Assembly: GCA_051294375.1 (NCBI GenBank)
Contig: CM119265.1
Span: 13,694,124 to 13,758,123 of the forward strand
Reading direction: 5' to 3'
Length of the DNA stretch: 64,000 nucleotides
From: Paraspadella gotoi
Lineage: Eukaryota; Animalia; Chaetognatha
Below the pieces are notes generated by a model. It searched no databases. It was not told the DNA's origin and was given only the letters and a program-made list of their open reading frames with translations. The translations under genes were made by a program, and so were the position numbers. Below, piece after piece: positions 53,736 through 64,000 of the stretch; position 1 is the first letter of the stretch; each line of letters opens with the position of its first letter.

Positions 53736-53826
53736 TCACTCCCGGGCGACGGAGAAAGAGGAGGCGTAGGTTGTTTCGCGTCGGTTGCGTCTACCACTCT
53801 TGGGGCATCGGAGCGTCAGCATACTT

Positions 53827-53900
<74 letters not shown>

Positions 53901-54747
53901 GTCTCTGGTTCAGTCTGGCGCCAGTCGCGGGTTGTTAATTTTCTCTTCTCAAGCGAATCCATCAAATTCACCCAAAAAAAAAAAAAACCCCGAAAACGAA
54001 GCAAAACTTCGACGTCGCTCTCCTCATTTTTTCGTCGACCCAGTCGTCGCCGAACGCCCTCTACAGTCTACACCATCGGTTTGCGTACTGCGTAGTCGCA
54101 GTCGTCTAAGGCGTCACCGTAGAACCGTCGCCAAGGCCAACCGCATTCCCCCACTCTAATTCTAACAAAAGATGCGTTGGTTCCCGGTAACCATGGAAAC
54201 GGAGAGGTTCGGCGGAGACGAGGGAATGAAAAGTTAATGGGCCGACGAAACCGGAGGAGAAGACAGAGAGAATTTCAAAGCGAAATTTTGTTTACCCCCA
54301 TCGCGTTACGACCCTTTGGACGCCTTCCAGAATTCCCGCGCTAACGGTTCGCGAGTGAGATAAAGGAGAGAGAGAGAGAAAGAGAGAGGAAGAGAGAGAG
54401 GAGAGAAAAAAAGTTGAAATAGCAAGGCCGATCAAGCTCGGTTGGAATTTTTCGAGAATACTGATTGGGAACAGACGATTAAATTTTAAAAAAACCTGTC
54501 ACAAGTAATTCACAATCAAAAAAAAAACTCCAGCCGAAGTTTAAAGCGATTCCCTCATGTGCGATAAAATGAGACTCGTCACAATCTATCTCTCTCTCTT
54601 TCTCTCTCTTTCCCTCACTCTCTCTTCTTTGCACTTTTTCTATTTTTATTTTCCTGGGAAAATTCCCTCCTTCATTAAGCTTGATGTAAGCATTCGAATT
54701 CAACGCTAATGATCCCTGAGCAAAAAAAAAGACAGCTTTCCCTTCTC

Positions 54748-54835
<88 letters not shown>

Positions 54836-56408
54836 TCTCCACGTCCATTCTCCTTTTTGAAGTAGGGACGTTTTTGAGAGACGTCTGAAAACGCACTAAG
54901 AATTCGAACATCCGAGATACTGAAATGGTTTCTCTCTCTTTTCCTTTTTTCTTTGCCCTCTTTCTCTCTTACCTCTCAAATTTGATCTGTTCCAGTGAAC
55001 GCGTCATCGAGAAATCAGAAATTGCCCTTTCAGTCTTATCTTTTCTATTTTTCTGCGACTTTCATTCCTTTCCATTCTACCCTGTCACTGAGGCTCTTCG
55101 GTGAGAACTTCCCCATGCTTTCAGGTTGTAATCACAAGTAGATTTATGGTCGTCTTTTTTGAACAACCAATATATATAAAAATTATATATCTATGTACAT
55201 ACAATAAAATGTAAGCAAATAAAACAAGAATAAAACTAACAAAAAATTCGGGTGCAACGGTAACCAGTGGCAGGCCGGAGAGGAAGGAAAGAATGACATC
55301 AAACAAAACTCAGAAAAACGAAATTTGATCTGATAGTGATAAGTGGTAGGATTGTGCAACGAAGAGAAAACACCGAGAAACTGAAACTCCACTGCTTCTC
55401 AAAGAAATTTTAATTTCATGTCTTAATTTGTTTTTCAGAGCAAAAAAACTGGAACAAAGTACAGAGACTGAGACTGTTACAGTTGGCAAAAGCAAAAGCG
55501 CAGAAAGATAGTAAGAGCGTTGGACGGGGAGGTTCTTGTTTCGAGGACCATAGTCCATATGGCGCCCGGGGGTTTTTTTTCTTTGCACAAGAACCAAGAT
55601 GGTTCGGCGGAGTGACCCACTTACTCGCAGGGCATTCCATCTCAATCTTCGAAGAAATGTGAGATCGTGGAAAAAGGGGAAAAGTGAAATGTGAACGCAG
55701 TCTGGAAAAAAAAAAGCGCCGAGCGAGAAAGAAAGCGGAGGAAAATAAGAAAAGAGAGGTTATTTTCGTCTTGTCTTTTTCTTAGAAATAAGATCGTCTT
55801 CGTCGGAAGACGGGTAGGACAGAAATCTTTTTTTTTCTTCTTTATTTTTCAAGTCCTGATTGAAGATTAACCGGGCAAGTGATCCAATTTATGGGGAATG
55901 TCTCAAACTAAGGGGAGAAATAGGAAAAGAGAAAGAAGCGGAGAAACATGTAAAAGAAAGAAAAGAAATAAGGAACGAAAGTATGGAAACTTTAAAAAAA
56001 AAAGAGGTCGGTCCAGCAAAAAAGAAAAAGGATGCATACAAGGGAAATATGGATATTGAATCTTTGTTCAAAAAGGAAATGGGCAAAATCTGAATAAATG
56101 AAAAAGACACGAAATAAAGGAAGCTCATCGGGAACAAGAAACTTCAAGATAAAATTTTTAAAAATAAAATAAATTATTATGAATAGTAGACTAATCTTTA
56201 ACTTTCTCTTCAAGATTTTTGATTAAATGATATTATCGATAGTTTTGAAATGAATCGGACGAGTAGCGGGGTATGAAATACTACCGCGACAAGTCTATCA
56301 TTCAAAACCTAAACAATCCTTAAAAAATAAAAATGTCTTCGTCGTCGTAGGCGTGGTTGAATTCCGAAAACCGGGTGAGTGAACCTAAAGAGAAAAAAAT
56401 AAATATCC

Positions 56409-56527
<119 letters not shown>

Positions 56528-56973
56528 TTGAGCGCGTGAGGGTGAACCGGTGAATTAAGTAAGTCAAGTTACGCGGCTGAGAAGAAGCTTTCGTCTATTA
56601 TTTTTCATCATTTATTCACTGTTTGGTCTCGTCCCCAATTCCCCTTTCTTTACTCTTAATATTTATGATCTCCCCTTTCCCGTTTCTTTCTTCCCTTATT
56701 TTTTTTAGTTCTTTCTTTTCTTTATTTTATTTTGTTTGACTCGCTCGCTGTTATTTCCACCGTTATACTTCAAACTTGCCGCGAACAATTCAACAATTAA
56801 TCATAATTCTATTTCATCCTCCCGATCGTACATTCGACCCAATCTCTACGCTCTTTTTAAACCCTAATCGAAACTAACCGCTGTGGGCGGAGAGTCAACG
56901 GCGCACTGGCGAGGTCAGAGATTGGATTCGGATTCGCTTCGCTTCCAGCAAATTCCCACAACAATTTCTTCGG

Positions 56974-57043
<70 letters not shown>

Positions 57044-59779
57044 ACGTTTGACGTTTTCTAATCAATAGAAGCGGACAGTCTCCAAGTTTACAGTACAGCG
57101 ATTGGCGTGGCAGTCGCCCGTGTCTCGGCTATCCTCCCTTTCTCCCTCCAGCCATCTCCGACATCTCTACAATTCTCTTTGACGCGATCTCTCTGTCTCA
57201 TTTTCCTCCGGATTGTAAACAATGACATGAGAATGACATTGTCGCCCTTTTAAAGGCATCATTTTGGTCCAAGTCGTTGTCACTTGTCATCTTCGTCGGT
57301 TTCATTATATCGACCCGAGTACTCGACGCTCCGAGATTAATTAAGTTTTCATCCATTCATATTTTATTTTTCTTTGACAAAAAGAAAGATCAGAGACGAC
57401 AAATCGTTGAAGCTTAGACAAGCGACTCGGAACAAACGGCCGGCAGTCCCCGTCCGTCCTTTTTTGTGTCAGGAGGAACGAAAACTAATCATCCGGCAAC
57501 AAGAAAGTTTGTAACGAGACTTTGAAAAGTCTAAAAAAAAAAAAAAAAAGGATTCAAGATAACGAAATCCATTCTGCAAAGAGACTTGAATTCCACCTCC
57601 TTCAATCACCAGGGAAGGAATGAAATCGAGCTGAGAGAACGCAAAAAATTTTAGATTTGAGAGAATAAAAATAAGTTTGTTACAAAGAATTTTTCCTTAA
57701 CATTAATTTATTTTGTCAGGGAATTATCTTTCGCATCAGGCTTGATAGAGGAAATCGATAACGATTTCAGTACAAGCGCTTCCGCGGCGTGGCACTTGAA
57801 AAATCGCAACTGATTAGAAAATAAATTATCGACGAAAGCACGAAAGCACCAATGACGTTCAACCCGTCGGTTTTAGTTTTCAAACCGTAACTCTACATCG
57901 GTCGAGTTTGTCCGGAACAACATTTTGGAAACTTGAGGGGGAAAGAAAAGAAAAGAAGTTGCGGATGGATGACCGGAAACTTTTCGTCGGGCAGACGGAA
58001 AAGGAAAGTAATCATCTAGTAACGATCGTTCGAGACAAGACATGGCTCGAAGGCACGATAGATGAGAAGGGTAGGGGAGGGGTAAGTCCTGAAGGGCAAT
58101 CTACGAATGGGCCCCGGGCAAAACTACTAGAGCGAAAGATGTTCCTGGCCATAAAAATGTAAAGAAAAAAGAGGACAACCGAAGGAAAAACAAAATAAGT
58201 TGAAGAAACAAACGAAAATCATGAAATCGAAGAGAAATCTGATGGCGAAGACTCGATTTCGACACGCAGCGCCCCTGGCGTTGGGGTTTCGAGGTTGGGG
58301 AACTCTGGCTAGTCCGAAGGTTGACGTTGGCGGGGGTAGAAGCAACGGGTTAATGAAGTTTAAGGAAGTGCTTGGATAGCAACGCTTATTAAATTCGCTA
58401 AATTCGAATGCAACGAGAGGTCGTCTGTTTCGCGAAGACGGTACGGGATATGGCGAATATAACGTCCACGTCCGGCATTGAAGGCGCGACAGCTTTTTCA
58501 GGAAAACAGCTTCTCAAAAAAGCTGTGACTAATAGCTGTAATGGCATATTTGAGCTAGTTGGGTGGCGCCGTGACGGTTTTGACATTTCCCAATGGTTCC
58601 GCCGAATGAGAGCGTCCTTAATATCGTTTACTTTGCCGACAAATTATGCTAAGAGAACTAATTAATCGGAGATGTAATATCAAATCATTTTGATACATAT
58701 ATGCAGGTGTCGTTATGCTTAATCAAAAACATATTCGGGAGCGATAGGGGACGGATGTAGGGCAGTTTACTTGTAGGGATCATCAGAAAATTTGTAACAA
58801 TATTTTTATGATTAAAGAAAAGAAAGAAATTTCTTCTTTCCAGGAATACATCTGTAAGTAAAAACAGAACGAATCGATCCGCTCACTGCTTTCTCGACCC
58901 TCCCTTCGTTCTTCGGTCTTAATCGTTTCACATTCGAAATTAGACGAGTCTCGACCCGGAAAATCAGAAATGCGACTCAGGCTTTCCCGCCTCGTTGGTC
59001 CCAGACGCCATATTTGGCGTCGTCGTCTTCCCCTCCTTTATGAACGTCATAGTCGTCATTGAGGTTCTTTCATTCGTGCTCTCCGCTTTTTGACGTCATA
59101 CAACGGGATTCGCTTACTGTTTCGTCTACGAGGGTTACAGTATCGGCCGTATGAACCGAAAGTTAAATTAATAATTACAAATAAAATTTATGACGGAATA
59201 TATGAAGGATTGATGATACAATGGCCAAGCTATGATTAAACTATTCATCCCCAAAGTGTCTTTCTCTTCCCTCTTTCCTTATTAATAAATCTCTTCTTTC
59301 TCTTATACTCATTCGGTCCGTAGCCTGAGACGTAATCGCTGATTTTCATCCATGTACAATTGTACATTTGTATTCTGTATCCACCACAAAATCCATGTCT
59401 ACCCTGTCAATGAATATAATTATACATACTTCCTCATCCTCCCGATTCCCCGTCCATGCATTTAATTCCCTCCCGAGGCGAACGGTCGTCCGTTGATCCT
59501 CGATCCCGATGCAAATTCCATCTGGCGTCCGAGATATGCGACGTTTCGATATTCGCGTCGCTACTTCCGCTTTTCCTCCGATGCGATACGTTCGTGTCCT
59601 CCCCTTAACCGGACCCACCTTTCTTTCTTCCCTTTCTCTTTTTTTTTCCTTTCTTTCCTTTCCTTTCCCTTTTCTTTCCATTAAATTTCTTATTCCTCCT
59701 TTCTGTTCTTAGTTTGTTTGTTTCTTTATAGTTTACTTCTTTCCTTTTTTATTTCGTTCCTTCGTTCTTTCTTTCTTTT

Positions 59780-59818
<39 letters not shown>

Positions 59819-62800
59819 CCTATTTATCCTCCCTCTATCTCCCTCTCTCTATATATATCTCTCCCCCTTTCCCGTTTTTTTTTCCGCGTCCATTTCCATA
59901 ACTTATTTCGGGATGTCAGAAAATCTATGATAACTGGCCGGACGGTGTTTACAATAGCGGAAGCTCTCTGCCTCCGTTTGCCTGAGTGGCGCTCCTGGGG
60001 GCGGCGTCGGCGGCGCCGTCGGATTATGAGCGCCTGACCCGAGGATATCAACACTTGATTGGCTCCTCTCCCGGCGTCTTTTTCGCCATCGGCCGCGCCC
60101 TCTGGGGTCGGCAGCGACGATTAAATGATGATTGAAATCCTCCCTTTGGTCATGAAAACTTTTTTTTTCCAAAGAGAGAGATAGAAAGATATATATGAGA
60201 GAAAGAGAAGAGAGAGAGACAGAGACAGAGACACACACAAGGGTTAAAACTTCTCTGGAGTAAGAAACCAAAATTCGAAGAAATTTTGACTCTGACGACC
60301 TAATCATGGCTCCTTATTACTTTTTTCAGGGCAGCCGGGTTTAGTTTATGGACTAAAAGAGGATTTTGGTTTCTCTCTATTCTTTATCTCTCTCCATCTC
60401 TCTCTCTCTCTTGCCCGTCCGTTGCACCAGAGGTGGTCAAGGGAGTAAGTTTCATTTGTCTAATGAAAAGGAAAAAAATCTCTAAAATCCTGGAGGTAGA
60501 GGTTAAAGGTAAGGAAGGTTTCGGGGGTCAAATCGTCTTTATAACGTCGGCAGAAAATGCGCGTTCAGACATCGGATTTCAAGCCGCGACCAGTTGGAAT
60601 TAAATTTTTTGGCTGACGATTTCGATCGGGATGTCGGCCTCGTCGTCGTCATCAAAACAAATGGGCCTCCTTTCGTGCGACATCAATGATGGGAAGGGGA
60701 GAAGTGAATTTGTAATGAAAAATAAATTGATTAAGAGGAGGGAGAAGCGATGGGCAGTACTGGGGGGGGGGTAGGGTGTGAATTCCTATTTGATCAATCC
60801 GACTTTGGACGCCGAGTTCGTTTCGAGCCAATTCTTCTTTCTCGTTATTTTCGACAGTAAACTTGAGAACAGATTGGCTTGATACTAGGCAGTATAAATC
60901 GTTGGGTTTGTTTTTTATTGGCTTGTGGGTGAACGTTATTAAGTAGAAAAGAAGAGATGGAGAATACATAAACAATAATCTTGGGTATTTGTCGAGATGA
61001 GAAGGGACCATTCGAATAGGATGAGAAGAAGAAGAGAGAAGAAGAAGAAGAAGAAGAAGAAGAAGAAGAAGAGAAGAAGAGAAGAAGAAGGAGGGACATT
61101 TACGAAGGAACATTGGCGGTTATAAAAGCACTTATTGTAAAAATAGTCCAGATCATTTGATAACGAGAGAGAAAGGGACTCTAGGAGTAGAATTGATTTT
61201 TATAATTGACTGAAGGTGAAAAAGAGACTCATAAATTGTCATTAACGAGATGATATCAAAAATATGATTTACGGTCCAATTCACCGATGCGATTTTAGCA
61301 TAAATCTTGTTTGCTTCCTTTAATCAATTTTTAGGCCTTGATCTGGCGTATATTAATTTCTTGATACAGCACACCCTACCCAATTAACTAATGAGACATG
61401 GCTAAATTCACTATCTACATTGATATCTCTGGGTCATCTACCATGCGTCCTCCTCTCTCTCAACTCTCTTTCCCTTTCTCTCTCTCGTCTCTCTCTCTCC
61501 TCTCTCTCTCTCTCTCCTCCTCTCTCTCTTCGGCCCGAGATTTTTCGCCTTTCTGAATATTCCATTTTCCCCTTTAACCTCCAATCTTTTGAAACTCTTA
61601 CGACCTATGGGCTATGTCTTGGGCAGGTCCCATTCATCTTGCTCATCAAAAAAGTTTCCTCCAAGAAAAAACTCATTCATTCTCCCAACCGACACATTAT
61701 TATGACAACCATATAAACATATGAAATATGAATATTGACAAACCGACAAACATATTGACAAAGATGCATTTCGCATGAATTTTCAATGACTTCATCCATT
61801 CGCAAACCTTTTTCGTCTCAGAGGATCTCGACGCCCGAAGAGTGTCTTCAACATCACCATGTCCGGAAGTCGTCCCAATATCATCTATCACAAACTCATG
61901 AGGTCTATAGTAGAAACTTCATTGACGCTATCCTCTCCCACGAACTACATCACCGCTACAAACTTTTGGTTCGTGTCTGCCACAAACCCCATCAACGAGG
62001 CCGGGGTCTGCTACAAACTCCATCAACGCCGGGATCTGTCAACTAACCCATCTCCGACTTCCATTCTGTTTCTGTGTCTTTTTTCGTTTTTCTCATTTTT
62101 TTTTCCTCTTTTTTTTTTCGCCGATAGAAAAAGACGAAGAAGAAACTGATAAGAATCTTTTTGTTTTCGTCCCCGAAACCAAAAAATATTCCGCGGGTTC
62201 CAATTGAGTTATCTCTTTTTCCCAATATTTGCGCCACGATTACCATTTACAAAACTCTCCTCTCTCTCTCTCCTTCCCTCTCACATCGGTGCCGTCGTTG
62301 ACGGCAAATGTTGTAGAGATGAGAAAGGAAAAATTGACTCCATTCTTTCTGCCCAGCGACACTGTTCGTCTCTTCCTTTTTATTTTCTTTTTCAGTCATC
62401 TTTTCTCTTCGAACTCATTATCACCATCTTTAGTTACCGCCGTTATCTAAGAAAGTCATCGCTCGTCGTCGTCGTAAATCGCCGTCATTCCCACGCGGGC
62501 CTTTGACCTTCGTTCTCCGACCATCTTAGCTGAGGTTAAAGTTTTACCCAAAAAGTTTTGTGCGAAATGTGGAGATAAAATATCTTATGAATTATTACAG
62601 GACTTGTGTTCGTAAAAAAGATTCCAAGATTTCTTTTTATCCTTTTTTCTCAATATTTTCCTTCCATCCGCAAGCCATTAATTAGATTTCTATAGATATT
62701 TTTTCGTTGATCAGCGTCATGGTGGGAATCGTAAATGCGTCTCTCGTGTAGTCTGGTTCCACTCAGCTCGTCCCATTAGCTTGTACAATGTACAATGTAC

Positions 62801-64000
62801 AATGACGTTAAGTACAGACCTGTGCAAAAAAAGAGGGCACCCACCGTGAGTACCGGATTTTGTTCATCGCCTCACGTCACGCTGGTTAAGTATGATGGTG
62901 CTAGCAATAGACTCGCCACTGAGAGATAGTCGCCAGCGACATTGGCGGTGTCACTGGCCAGGTCCTGAGCTCCAGCTCTCGGGAGATGCCTGCACACACC
63001 GGTCATCCCCCTTGCCATCGTATATCTTTTGTTGAATTGAACCGTGGGGTCGGATGGAATTTTCTTTTTTTAAATTTTATGTTATTTTAAATATTTACGT
63101 AATCAATGAGATTTGGTTTTCGTTCCGAAGATTTCGCCATTCGTTTTCAACGTAAAAGCGACAGGCGGAAAAAATTGGCGGAATCACGGCCATAAGCGGA
63201 ATAACTTCGTTGGTTGGCACATAGTACACAGTGAAATTGTCCAGCTGTCAATGGTGGGTGATTTCCAAATGGGTGGAAACACCTCTCTCTCTCTTTCTCT
63301 TCTCCTCCGCTTTCTTTCTCTAGATAACGGTCGAGCCTGGTGCCCATGGAGAGAGCGACGGTTTGTTTTGGGCCTTCGAAATTTAGTAACATTGACTCAA
63401 TCTTTGGTGACGCGTGATATTTTCCCTGACGCCTTTCACAAGACATTTCACGACCCATGATCTCTAAAATCATTATCCGAATTCGGTAAGGAGCTATTGT
63501 TTCACGGTTCAGCTAAGAAAGATTAAATATAAAAACGAAAAACGATGAGAACAAGGGCTGTGCAGAAGATTTAAAAATGGCAGAGATTGAATCGAGTATA
63601 CTAGCTATCCTTGATTGGAGGTTGCAAACCCGCTAATCCACGAGTCATTCTATGGAGAAAACGCCATATTCACCGGCGAAATTGATGCTCATTCGTTCGA
63701 GACGATCGTCGTGCGGTCGTCGTATTCGTGCGGCGCGACGGCTAATTCGAAGAATTACGACGCCATGAATCACCGCAGGCGCCGTCCCGTACTACGTACA
63801 GCTGCACGGGGAACAACGGCCGGGCGCCCGCTATTTTGCCGACACGTTTCACCGGCACCGGGTTCGCATTGACCCCGAGTAACAAAGACGGAAGCTTTTA
63901 GGGAAAAAAAGAATCTCTTGTCCGATTAAATTTAAGAGATAAATAGAGCTTTGTTTTCTTCAACATAAGTGTGATAATAGTGAGAGGGTTTTTCCCCGCT

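Overview
Eukaryotic (metazoan, probably invertebrate) AT-rich genomic DNA from a gapped assembly with visible indel noise. I see no prokaryotic features, rRNA, full-length tRNA or CRISPR array. Bases 1-11 kb are compact and rich in short introns: low-complexity coding exons (617-4729) precede a 17-exon inward-rectifier K+ channel (Kir/KCNJ) gene at 5380-10892, which I spliced by hand to a 668-aa open frame. At 13.3-15.3 kb, minus-strand splice signals occur with no open frame (pseudogene or lncRNA). At 29098-31059 is an intronless, shortened PHLDB/LL5-family PH-domain gene. The rest is gene-poor DNA rich in GA/CT microsatellites, with several MITEs and SINE-like fragments. Two large duplications dominate the second half: a ~3 kb tandem duplication (35.5-41.9 kb) and a ~10 kb-arm inverted repeat (43.7-64 kb). 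Both abut N gaps and differ mainly by 1-bp indels, so they are most likely haplotig or long-read assembly artefacts. I found no convincing new biological system; the best leads are listed as findings.
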